A stretch of DNA of 32,000 nucleotides from Nitrosococcus oceani ATCC 19707 (lineage in GTDB: Bacteria; Pseudomonadota; Gammaproteobacteria; Nitrosococcales; Nitrosococcaceae): positions 270,001-302,000 of the forward strand of contig NC_007484.1 in NCBI RefSeq assembly GCF_000012805.1. The letters run 5' to 3'. The position numbers and the translations under genes were made by a program. Of the stretch, positions 17,670 through 25,856 are shown in pieces (position 1 is the first letter of the stretch; each line of letters opens with the position of its first letter). Under the pieces are notes generated by a model. The model saw nothing but the letters and a program-made list of their open reading frames with translations, was not told where the DNA came from and ran no database searches.

Positions 17670-19118
17670 CTAGTTTGTAACGGCCTGATAAGAAGCAACT
17701 TCCCGGATATCATTATGGAGATGGGAGAGCACGGCATCCAGGCTTTCCTTGGCATCACCGAACAGCATCCTATTATTTTCTTTATAAAATAATGGATTAT
17801 CTACGCCAGCATAGCCTGTAGCCATGCCTCGTTTGAGCACGATGGTTGTTTTTGCCTTCCATACTTCAAGCACCGGCATGCCTGCAATGGGACTATCAGG
17901 GCTATCCTGGGCCGAAGGATTGACGATATCGTTGGCTCCAATCACTATCACCACATCTGTGTTGGGAAAATCCTGGTTAATTTCATCCATCTCTAGGACG
18001 ATGTCATAGGGCACCTTGGCCTCCGCAAGCAGCACGTTCATGTGGCCCGGCATGCGTCCGGCAACGGGATGGATCGCAAACCGTACGTTAATATTTTGCT
18101 TGCGCAATAATTTGGTGATTTCATAAACGGTATGCTGAGCATGGGCTACCGCCATGCCATAGCCTGGAACGATGATAATGTTTTTAGCAGCTTCCAAGAG
18201 ATGGGTGGTCTCTTCAGCGGTAATGGCGTTGACTTCGCTCGTACCACCAGCGACGGGGGCGGTAGCGCTGCCTCCTTCCGTGCCGAACCCTCCCATTATC
18301 ACGCTAATGAAATTGCGGTTCATTGCCCGGCACATGATATAGCTTAGGATAGCGCCACTGCTGCCCACCAGCGCACCTGTGACGATGAGCAAATCATTTG
18401 CAAGCATGAAGCCAGTAGCGGCCGCTGCCCATCCTGAATAGCTGTTAAGCATGGAGATAACCACGGGCATGTCTGCTCCACCAATGGTCATCACCATATG
18501 AACGCCAAACCCCAGGGCAATCACCGTCATGAGAAACAGGAAGAATAGTCCACCTCCCATCGATTCGGCCTCTACAAAGGCTTTACCTAGCCAGATTGCC
18601 AGAATCAAAAGCCCTAGATTCAACCAGTGGCGGGCAGGTAGCAACAACGGCTTGCCGCTGATGCGTCCACTCAGTTTACCAAATGCGATGACGGAACCGG
18701 AACAGGTGAGTGCGCCGATCAGTACGCCGAGATAAGTTTCAACGTCATGAATGGTTTTTTCAACGCCAATAAGGTGATTGTCTGCAGCAATGAAATTGGT
18801 ATAGCCCACCAGGACAGCGGCAAGGCCCACAAAACTATGCAGTATGGCCACTAGCTCCGGCATTTGAGTCATTTTGACCTGCTGGGCCACTTTAACCCCT
18901 ACGACAGCGCCAATAACCATAGTGATGGTTAGCAGTATATAGGCGCCGATGCCGGCCACCGCCTCGCTGAGGATAGTGGCGAGAATAGCGATGGTCATGC
19001 CGACCATCCCATAGATATTACCGCGCCGGGCCGTTTCTTGGTGACTCAGACCACCCAAGCTCAGAATGAATAGGATAGCTGCGCCAATATAGGCCATAGT
19101 AACTAAACCTTGGGACAT
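17670..19118 (-). CDS. pntB: NAD(P) transhydrogenase subunit beta
   Basis: 482 aa with a multi-TM N-terminal half and a C-terminal dIII domain ([21 protein letters not shown]). An AGGAGG SD lies 9 nt upstream of ATG 19118. Confidence 0.93.
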   Translation of the reverse strand: MSQGLVTMAYIGAAILFILSLGGLSHQETARRGNIYGMVGMTIAILATILSEAVAGIGAYILLTITMVIGAVVGVKVAQQVKMTQMPELVAILHSFVGLAAVLVGYTNFIAADNHLIGVEKTIHDVETYLGVLIGALTCSGSVIAFGKLSGRISGKPLLLPARHWLNLGLLILAIWLGKAFVEAESMGGGLFFLFLMTVIALGFGVHMVMTIGGADMPVVISMLNSYSGWAAAATGFMLANDLLIVTGALVGSSGAILSYIMCRAMNRNFISVIMGGFGTEGGSATAPVAGGTSEVNAITAEETTHLLEAAKNIIIVPGYGMAVAHAQHTVYEITKLLRKQNINVRFAIHPVAGRMPGHMNVLLAEAKVPYDIVLEMDEINQDFPNTDVVIVIGANDIVNPSAQDSPDSPIAGMPVLEVWKAKTTIVLKRGMATGYAGVDNPLFYKENNRMLFGDAKESLDAVLSHLHNDIREVASYQAVTN

Positions 19119-19130
19119 TATATTGGCCTC

Positions 19131-20699
19131 CTATTTCCTGAACATCCGCAGCATACGCTGGGTTACGAGAAAACCGCCAGCAATATTAATGCTGGTGATC
19201 AAGATGGCAATTCCGGCAAGGAGCGCGATCAGAATGCCGGATTTAGACACTTGAATTAATGCCCCAATGACGATAATGCTACTGATAGCGTTGGTGACGC
19301 TCATTAACGGCGTGTGCAAAGAGGGTGTTACATTCCAGATAACTTGATAGCCTACGAAGCACGCTAATACAAATACGGTAAAATGGGTCATAAAAGAAGG
19401 GGGAGCCACTGTCCCCAGGCCCCATAAACCAAGGCCGCCTAGGGCCATGATCATAGCGATTCGCCACTCCTTGGAGAGCTTTGATTTCTCCTTTACCTCT
19501 GCTGGAGCAGGCGCCGGCTGTGGTTTAGCTGGTTGGGATGCAGGTGTGGCGGATATCCTGGGCGGTGGCGGAGGCCAGGTGATTTCCCCTTCTTTGATAA
19601 CGGTAAGACCCCGGATGACTTCATCCTCCATATTCAAATGGATCGTGCCATCTTTCTCAGGACATAATTCTTCGAGCAAGTGGCGCAAGTTGGTCGCATA
19701 TAATTGGCTTGATTGGGTCGAGAGTCGGCTGGGTAAATCCGTATAACCAATAATGGTCACACCGTGTTTAACGACAACTTCATCGGGTGTCGTTAAAGCA
19801 CAATTCCCCCCTTGTTCAGCTGCCAGGTCAACGATAACACTGCCCTCTTTCATGGACTTCACCATCTCTTCGGTGATGAGCTCAGGCGCTTTTTTACCGG
19901 GGATTAAGGCAGTGGTGAGGATAATATCCACCTCTCTGGCTTGCTGGGTAAAGAGATCCATTTCCGCTTGGATAAATTCCGGAGTCATTTCCTTAGCGTA
20001 GCCGCCTTCCCCAGCACTCTCTTCCGCAAATTTGAGTTCAAGAAACTCGGCACCCATGCTTTGGACTTGCTCCTTAACTTCAGGCCGGGTATCAAAGGCC
20101 CGCACTATGGCGCCTAATCCCGCGGCGGTGCCGATGGCTGAAAGTCCCGCTACGCCTGCGCCAATGACTAGAATCTTGGCTGGGGGGATTTTCCCAGCGG
20201 CAGTGATTTGTCCGGCGAAGAAGCGGCCAAAATGATGGGAAGCTTCGATAACGGCGCGGTAGCCCGCAATGTTAGCCATTGAGCTTAGGGGGTCAAGTTT
20301 TTGCGCGCGTGAGATTCGCGGCACGCTGTCCATGGCCAGAACAGTGTTTTTTTTGGCCGCTAAGCGTTCTAATAGTTCCTTGTTTTGAGCTGGCCAGATA
20401 AAGCTGATTAGGTAACCGCCTTCCTGTAATAGCTCTACTTCATCAATGCCCAATTCGGGATGTATCGACGGGGAACGGACTTTGAGGATGATATCCGAGG
20501 TTGACCATAAAGAACGGGTATCCTCAATGATTTCAGCCCCTGCTTCTCGGTAAGCGGCATCGGAAAAATTAGCATTGAGGCCAGCGCCGGATTCCAATGC
20601 AACCGAAAATCCTAGCTTTTGCAGGCGCTCCGCCGTATCTGGGGTAGTTGCTACCCGCTTCTCTCCTCTATGAATTTCTTTAGGAATTCCTATTCGCAT
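19131..20699 (-). CDS. pntA: NAD(P) transhydrogenase subunit alpha (dI plus membrane part)
   Basis: 522 aa with [17 protein letters not shown], the Rossmann loop [11 protein letters not shown] and a Pro-rich linker. C-terminal TM helices are present. AGGAG lies upstream of ATG 20699. Confidence 0.93.
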   Translation of the reverse strand: MRIGIPKEIHRGEKRVATTPDTAERLQKLGFSVALESGAGLNANFSDAAYREAGAEIIEDTRSLWSTSDIILKVRSPSIHPELGIDEVELLQEGGYLISFIWPAQNKELLERLAAKKNTVLAMDSVPRISRAQKLDPLSSMANIAGYRAVIEASHHFGRFFAGQITAAGKIPPAKILVIGAGVAGLSAIGTAAGLGAIVRAFDTRPEVKEQVQSMGAEFLELKFAEESAGEGGYAKEMTPEFIQAEMDLFTQQAREVDIILTTALIPGKKAPELITEEMVKSMKEGSVIVDLAAEQGGNCALTTPDEVVVKHGVTIIGYTDLPSRLSTQSSQLYATNLRHLLEELCPEKDGTIHLNMEDEVIRGLTVIKEGEITWPPPPPRISATPASQPAKPQPAPAPAEVKEKSKLSKEWRIAMIMALGGLGLWGLGTVAPPSFMTHFTVFVLACFVGYQVIWNVTPSLHTPLMSVTNAISSIIVIGALIQVSKSGILIALLAGIAILITSINIAGGFLVTQRMLRMFRK

Positions 20700-20727
20700 T
20701 TTTATTACTCCTGCCTATCGGTAAAAA

Positions 20728-20755
20728 ATTATCGCATACTTGCCAAACTTTGCAA
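20728..20755 (-). promoter_or_regulatory. candidate sigma70-type promoter of pntAB
   Basis: On the minus strand, TTGCAA (20755-20750), a 16-nt spacer and GATAAT (20733-20728) lie ~30 nt upstream of the pntA ATG. This is a sequence match only. Confidence 0.35.
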
Positions 20756-20979
20756 TTCTTGACTATCGCGCAAGGTATTTGCTAACTGTTCGGTTTTGTT
20801 AGCTAATAGCTCTAAACTCCAAAGGGGGAAATAACTTATGATACAGAGTAATTGTGCTGGAAATTGCCCCCCATGAGGCAAGCTCTAAAATATCTGTGAA
20901 GAGGCATGATTGCGAACCAGATTGAAGAGGCAAAGCGGTGAATGAGTTAAGGAGCGAGACAATATAAACTAGATCTTAG

Positions 20980-21420
20980 TTATTGCCCAGTTGTAGCAAT
21001 AGCCTCTTTGGTTTTCCGAAAAACCCGCTGGATAGCACCATGGGTATAGTTGACCTTTTTTTCTAATTCGGCGAGATTTTTGGGCTCGCCAACCACGATG
21101 GCTCCCGCCATACCAAAACTAAGATGGGGGTTACATTCATACAAGTAAATGCCTTCTTCTTCCAGCGTGACGCTAAAATCTTGCCCCATCTGGGACTGCC
21201 AAGGTTTAGCTGCTTGGGGGATGAGGCCATTGATAGATTTAGTATTATGAGCGGGCATGTTGATCCAGGTAATGGTATCGCCGGGTTCAGCAAAGACTAT
21301 TATCGGATTAAATGCCGTTCCTATTGACTTAATGATATGGGTTTGGGCAATGGTGATGGCAGAGAAGGTTAAGGCCAGGATCAATGTTACACTTAACAAA
21401 GCGCTCTTGATGTTTACCAT
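20980..21420 (-). CDS. pseudoazurin-type blue (type 1) copper protein, secreted
   Basis: 146 aa with a signal peptide (MVNIKSALLSVTLILALTFSAITIAQT). The Cu ligand pattern is His (MPAHN) plus C-x2-H-x4-M (YECNPHLSFGM), as in pseudoazurins. Confidence 0.78.
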   Translation of the reverse strand: MVNIKSALLSVTLILALTFSAITIAQTHIIKSIGTAFNPIIVFAEPGDTITWINMPAHNTKSINGLIPQAAKPWQSQMGQDFSVTLEEEGIYLYECNPHLSFGMAGAIVVGEPKNLAELEKKVNYTHGAIQRVFRKTKEAIATTGQ

Positions 21421-21633
21421 ACAACTATTCCAATCTGTTTATTTGACTTAAACGGAGAACCCAATCTTCATGAGGATGATGATCCTACAGGTAATACCCC
21501 TTACGGCCTAAGTTTTTGCGCTTTCAATTAATGGAGAAGAGAGATTTAGGCATTATGAAAGGCTGTTTTTCTCAAGCCAGAGCATTCACTGGTCAGGGGG
21601 CTATGAAGCATCAGTTGATGGTTAGTTATCTCT

Positions 21634-21694
21634 GCCGAGGGAAAGTTCCTTGTTAAGATTTTCCAAGCCGGAGGGAAATTCTCTTGTTAAAATA
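21634..21694. repeat. imperfect tandem direct repeat (~27 bp, 33-bp period) in the gltX upstream region
   Basis: GCCGAGGGAAAGTTCCTTGTTAAGAT (21634-21659) compares with GCCGGAGGGAAATTCTCTTGTTAAAAT (21667-21693). About 80% of positions are identical in a hand alignment with one indel. The repeat ends ~48 nt before the gltX ATG. Confidence 0.5.
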
Positions 21695-21741
21695 CTCAGC
21701 AGGTATTTGGCATTTACTTCATAAAGCAGGTAACTTCTACG

Positions 21742-23151
21742 ATGACAGTTCGTACCCGTTTTGCCCCTAGCCCTACTGGCTATTTGCATGTAGGAGGTGT
21801 CCGTACGGCCCTTTTTTCCTGGCTTTATGCACGCAAACATGGCGGCCGTTTTATCTTACGTATAGAAGATACGGACCGAGAACGGTCTTCTATGGAGTCG
21901 GTCAATGCCATCCTTGAGGGAATGACTTGGTTAGGTTTGGAGTACGATGAGGGGCCTTTCTATCAAACCAATCGTTTCTCCCGCTACCGGGAGATCATTG
22001 AGCAATTACTAGCTTCCAATCACGCCTACCTTTGTTATTGCACCCGAGAAGAACTTGCAAGCATGCGGGCCGAGCAAATGGCGCGTAAGGAAAAGCCTCG
22101 TTACGATGGACGGTGTCGGGAACGGCATTCTCCACGGGAAGGCGTTTCTCCCGTGGTTCGTTTCAAGTCTCCCCTGGAAGGGCGAGTTGTTATACGGGAT
22201 CTCGTGCGTGGTATGGTAATCTTCCAGAATAATGAATTGGATGACTTAGTACTTGCCCGCACGGATGGCACTCCCACTTATAACCTGACCGTAGTCGTGG
22301 ATGACATGGATATGGGGATGACTCATGTCATTCGGGGTGATGATCATCTCAATAACACCCCCCGTCAGAGCAACATTTTTTATGCGCTTGGCAAAGAACC
22401 GCCGGTTTATGCCCATGTACCTATGATCCTGGGGCCAGACAGACAGCGCCTATCAAAACGCCATGGCGCCGTCAGTGTTATGAATTACCGGGAGGCGGGA
22501 TATCTACCCGAAGCATTACTGAACTATCTGGTGCGTTTGGGTTGGTCCCATGGAGATCAGGAAATTTTCAGCGTGGCTGAAATGATCAAATTATTTGACA
22601 TTGAAGACGTCAATCAGTCTGCTTCTACTTTTAACTCCGAGAAGCTGCTTTGGCTTAATCAGCAATATATCAAAAATAGTGCCCCCGAACACATTGCTCA
22701 TCATTTGAGCTGGCACTTAGGTCAGCTGGGAATAGATCCCTCTAAAGGGCCGGATTTAGCCGCCGTCGTTAAGGCTCAGCAAGAACGATCAAAAACGCTA
22801 CTAGAAATGGCCCATAACAGCGCACCATTTTATCGTGAATTTGAAGCTTATGAAGAAACAGCAGCCCGTAAGCATCTTAATGCTTCCGTGCTGGGACCAT
22901 TACGGGATCTGCGTGAGCGTTTTAAGGAAGCCCAATCCTGGGTAGCGCCCGCTCTTCACGAAATCATCTTGGCAACAGTGGAGAGTCATCATTTGAAATT
23001 GGGTAAATTAGCTCAGCCCTTGCGGGTTGCAATAATGGGACGCCCTATTTCACCACCGATTGATGTTACTCTTGAATTGATGGGGCAAGCAACAACACTA
23101 GCTCGCATTGATCGGGCACTTGCCTGGATTGACCATAGGAGCAATGCCTAA
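21742..23151 (+). CDS. gltX: glutamate--tRNA ligase
   Basis: 469 aa. RFAPSPTGYLHVGG is the HIGH motif and RLSKRHG is the KMSKS motif. The C-terminal anticodon-binding region is typical of bacterial GluRS. Confidence 0.95.
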   Translation: MTVRTRFAPSPTGYLHVGGVRTALFSWLYARKHGGRFILRIEDTDRERSSMESVNAILEGMTWLGLEYDEGPFYQTNRFSRYREIIEQLLASNHAYLCYCTREELASMRAEQMARKEKPRYDGRCRERHSPREGVSPVVRFKSPLEGRVVIRDLVRGMVIFQNNELDDLVLARTDGTPTYNLTVVVDDMDMGMTHVIRGDDHLNNTPRQSNIFYALGKEPPVYAHVPMILGPDRQRLSKRHGAVSVMNYREAGYLPEALLNYLVRLGWSHGDQEIFSVAEMIKLFDIEDVNQSASTFNSEKLLWLNQQYIKNSAPEHIAHHLSWHLGQLGIDPSKGPDLAAVVKAQQERSKTLLEMAHNSAPFYREFEAYEETAARKHLNASVLGPLRDLRERFKEAQSWVAPALHEIILATVESHHLKLGKLAQPLRVAIMGRPISPPIDVTLELMGQATTLARIDRALAWIDHRSNA

Positions 23152-23756
23152 AAAAGGAAAAGCGATATCCCACGTCAGGGATAAAGGGATTATGCGCTCT
23201 ATTTTAGTTTAATAGTGAATTTCCGCCTAATAACGCCCTTCGCCCGTGGCTGATGAGCACAGCGGCGAGATAGTGGCCTTTTCCCCTGAAATGGATACCC
23301 ATTTTACATAGGGGCTATCAGGAAGAGCGCGCTTTCCTCAACGTTCCCTAAAAAACTCAAAAAAGGAAAACCGACTAAAGAAAAAAAGAATACTACTCCG
23401 CCCTGTCCCATTTCCGCGTGCGCATCGAACCTGTCATCGGGCGCATGAAGCAGTTTCGAATTCTTGCCGACAGATACCATTATCTTTGTAACCGGTGCAG
23501 CGTCAAATTCGCCCTCATCCCAGGCTTTTGAAGCCGGAAAAGAAAGGACTTTTATCCCCACCCGTTTGTGCTTTTCAATTTTTGCTCAGTAGGAAAGGGG
23601 GTGGAAAAAAATTAATTATATTGGTTTGACAGCCCCCCTATCATGAACTAGTTATTTAAACTACATGTCCCTGTTCCTTAGAGGCATTCACGAACTGAAC
23701 GTTATATTGATTAACTAACTTACTCTAGTTTCGCAGCGTTAGCCTGCGGGAGGGCG

Positions 23757-24464
23757 ATGATTATGGTTACAGCTACTATGCATAGTCGAGAAAAACGTTT
23801 GGAGAGAGCCCTTGTGGGGGGCGCTATTACGGCGGCTGCCAGCGGGGTTGCCGCGGTTATTTTATCTATCCTTGGGTTAGTCCATATCGGACCATTGTTA
23901 ATGACCCCTATTGCGGCGATTGTTATTGGGGCGGGTTTATTATCTGAATCGGGCACCTTGGCGGCCGAATACTCCGAGATTCTGTCCAAAACCCGACGAA
24001 ACCGTTGGAGGAAAGTGGAATTTGGCAGTGGCGCCAGCGCGGAAATGCTGGCGGGAATTGCCGTCATCACGCTAGGGATTCTTTCCCTATTAAATCTACA
24101 ACCCCTGGTGCTTTTGCCTGTTTCGGTCATCACCTTAGGTGCATGTTTGCTATTAAGTACGGGAGCTAAAGCCTTGTTGAATTCCATGCGCCTTGAAATC
24201 CCCGAGAACCATAGGAGAGCGGAAATGGTGGCTCATACGACATTAAGAGGGGCCATCTGGGTACAGGTTATAGTCGGTTTGGCGGCTATCGTATTAGGTA
24301 TTTTGGCGTTGGCAGGATGGGTTCCCCTCATTTTAACCCTCGTGGCCATGCTTGCCATTGGCGCTTCCATACTTCTAACTGGCGCGGCGGTGAGCGCCAG
24401 AATGCTAAGTGCCTACACTGCGCATACCCCGCCCAAGGGAATTTCCCATCGATCATCGATATAA
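23757..24464 (+). CDS. integral membrane protein, 6 predicted TM helices from a triplicated ~55-aa helical hairpin (tentatively DUF308/HdeD-like repeats); paralogue A
   Basis: 235 aa. GGGAGGG (23748-23754) fits better as an SD for the second ATG (23763). Three internal repeats share the pattern G..(A/V)..GI.A(I/V).L.IL.L....PL......I..GA.LL. About half of residues are identical to the next ORF in a hand alignment. Confidence 0.7.
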   Translation: MIMVTATMHSREKRLERALVGGAITAAASGVAAVILSILGLVHIGPLLMTPIAAIVIGAGLLSESGTLAAEYSEILSKTRRNRWRKVEFGSGASAEMLAGIAVITLGILSLLNLQPLVLLPVSVITLGACLLLSTGAKALLNSMRLEIPENHRRAEMVAHTTLRGAIWVQVIVGLAAIVLGILALAGWVPLILTLVAMLAIGASILLTGAAVSARMLSAYTAHTPPKGISHRSSI

Positions 24465-24496
24465 GAAATAATTCTGTCAAATAGGGAGCAAGCAGC

Positions 24497-25195
24497 ATGA
24501 ACATTACCTCTGAGCAAATGCCTACCGAGTCTCACACGCAATCAATTTCATCTGAGAGGTTAAAGCGAGGGCTGGTCGGTGGCGCCTTAACAGAAGCGAT
24601 TGCTGGAATAGGTGCCGTTACACTAACTATTATTGGCTTATCTGGCGTGGCGCCGATGACAATGGGGGCTATCGCGGTCATAGTCGTGGGAGTGGGTTTG
24701 TTGTCCGAGGCGGGCACGCTGGTGGCTGAATACCCCGCAATTATATCCAGGACGCGAAAGAGATTTAGGGATAAAATAGAATTTAGCGCCGGCTTTGGCG
24801 CTGAGGGCCTTGCCGGTACCGTCGCCATTGTATTAGGCATTCTGGTTCTTCTGGGCGCTGAACCTCTGGTGCTTTTGCCTTCCGCCGCCATTGTGTTGGG
24901 CGCAGGCTTGGTGCTAACCAGCGCAGCTATTTCATTTATCAGTTCACTAAATTTAAACTTCCTTTTAGACGGCCATGAAGATAGCCATGAGGAACATATC
25001 GCTCATGTGGCTTTGGGCACAGCCATGGGGGTCCAGGTCGTATTAGGGTTTGCGGTAGTAGTGTTAGGAATTTTGGCCCTAGTGGGCTTTATTCCCTCAT
25101 CCCTCACGCTCGTGGCTATCTTGGTAGCCAGTGTGGCGGCATTGATGGACGGAATTGCTGTTAGCGGCCGCGTGATTAGTGCCTCTACGGATTAA
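24497..25195 (+). CDS. integral membrane protein, paralogue B of the preceding gene, with a His/acid-rich loop
   Basis: 232 aa with a GGGAG SD 8 nt upstream. It has the same three-hairpin architecture and shares LVGGA.T, GLLSE.GTL.AEY and PLVLLP with paralogue A. The loop between hairpins 2 and 3 is LDGHEDSHEEHIAH. Confidence 0.7.
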   Translation: MNITSEQMPTESHTQSISSERLKRGLVGGALTEAIAGIGAVTLTIIGLSGVAPMTMGAIAVIVVGVGLLSEAGTLVAEYPAIISRTRKRFRDKIEFSAGFGAEGLAGTVAIVLGILVLLGAEPLVLLPSAAIVLGAGLVLTSAAISFISSLNLNFLLDGHEDSHEEHIAHVALGTAMGVQVVLGFAVVVLGILALVGFIPSSLTLVAILVASVAALMDGIAVSGRVISASTD

Positions 25196-25240
25196 AATAA
25201 ACCCTGCTAAATTTGTGTTTAAGAGTATATATTTTTAAAT

Positions 25241-25282
25241 TACGCCCGCTGACGTTTTTAACGGCAGCGGGCGTAGATTTTT
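25241..25282. terminator. intrinsic terminator between convergent genes
   Basis: tacgcccgctgacgt (25241-25255) pairs with acggcagcgggcgta (25261-25275): a 15-bp stem with one mismatch and a 5-nt loop. It is followed by GATTTTT on the plus strand, with only a weaker T-stretch on the minus strand. Confidence 0.65.
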
Positions 25283-25300
25283 AGACATGATCTATCTATT

Positions 25301-25756
25301 TTATTGTTCTTGGGTTGTTGCACTTTTATTTTTCTGTGTGGATAAGGCGCCATGCTCGCCATATTCCGCGCCACTATCGCCGCCATGGTCGAAACTACGC
25401 ATCTGCATGGCCTTAAAGTTACGAAACTCATCGGAATCGATTTTATTATCTTTATTCCGGTCAAGTTGTTTGAAATATAAAGCTAGATCCTCAAATGCTT
25501 GGGCTTCCTCCTTGCTGATGGAACCGTTGCCATCGGAATCTAACTGAGAGAAGGAAGGCTGCTGCATTTCCATTCGCTCGCTTTTATCCATCGTGTGCTT
25601 ATTATTACCATTGCTGCCGCCACTGTGCTGGGATGGTTGTTCCGCCTGGCTTGTCCGGTCGTTCTGGTTTGATGATGGTACTTGGCTCGAATCTCCACAG
25701 CCAGCCATTAATAGGGAAAGGCTAGCAAGGGTAATAATCCCTGATTTTTTGCTCAT
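25301..25756 (-). CDS. secreted lipoprotein with two canonical EF-hand Ca-binding loops
   Basis: 151 aa with a signal peptide and lipobox-like LLMAGC, followed by a low-complexity Ser/Asn/Gln linker. The EF loops DSDGNGSISKEE and DRNKDNKIDSDE both fit D-x-[DN]-x-[DN]-x-x-I-x-x-x-E. A GGGAG SD lies upstream. Confidence 0.75.
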   Translation of the reverse strand: MSKKSGIITLASLSLLMAGCGDSSQVPSSNQNDRTSQAEQPSQHSGGSNGNNKHTMDKSERMEMQQPSFSQLDSDGNGSISKEEAQAFEDLALYFKQLDRNKDNKIDSDEFRNFKAMQMRSFDHGGDSGAEYGEHGALSTQKNKSATTQEQ

Positions 25757-25856
25757 AATTTCTTTTCTCCCTTCCTATCATTTAGGTAAATTTGGAATGC
25801 TTAAATGAGCGAATTCATCCACACCTAATTGATGTGTTCTGTAAGGTATAGAAGAT

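Noticed and set aside
17404-17758. 67-aa (+) and 110-aa (-) ORFs in the pntB/cofactor-cluster spacer
   Set aside because: They have no SD and an Arg/Leu/Ser-rich composition. One overlaps the pntB 3' end. The region is better explained as structured non-coding DNA.
23304-23561. 85-aa minus-strand ORF as a real gene
   Set aside because: It has a GTG start, no SD, a hydrophobic poly-Phe tail and no recognisable motif. I kept it only as part of the finding on this spacer.
23626-23654. Perfect -35 hexamer TTGACA as the promoter of the membrane-protein pair
   Set aside because: At 16-18 nt spacing the -10 candidates (CTAGTT, TAGTTA, AGTTAT) are poor and there is no extended -10. That is too weak to call.
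23152-23756. Expected tRNA genes or tmRNA after gltX (GGGGCT at 23311)
   Set aside because: I could not find an acceptor/T-arm pairing or a GTTCRANYC-like T-loop. The tmRNA similarity ends after six bases.
23720-24891. 155-aa and 119-aa minus-strand ORFs opposite the two membrane-protein genes
   Set aside because: The plus-strand genes have SDs, paralogy and an internal repeat structure. The antisense frames stay open only because Ala/Gly/Leu-rich codons rarely produce stops on the opposite strand.
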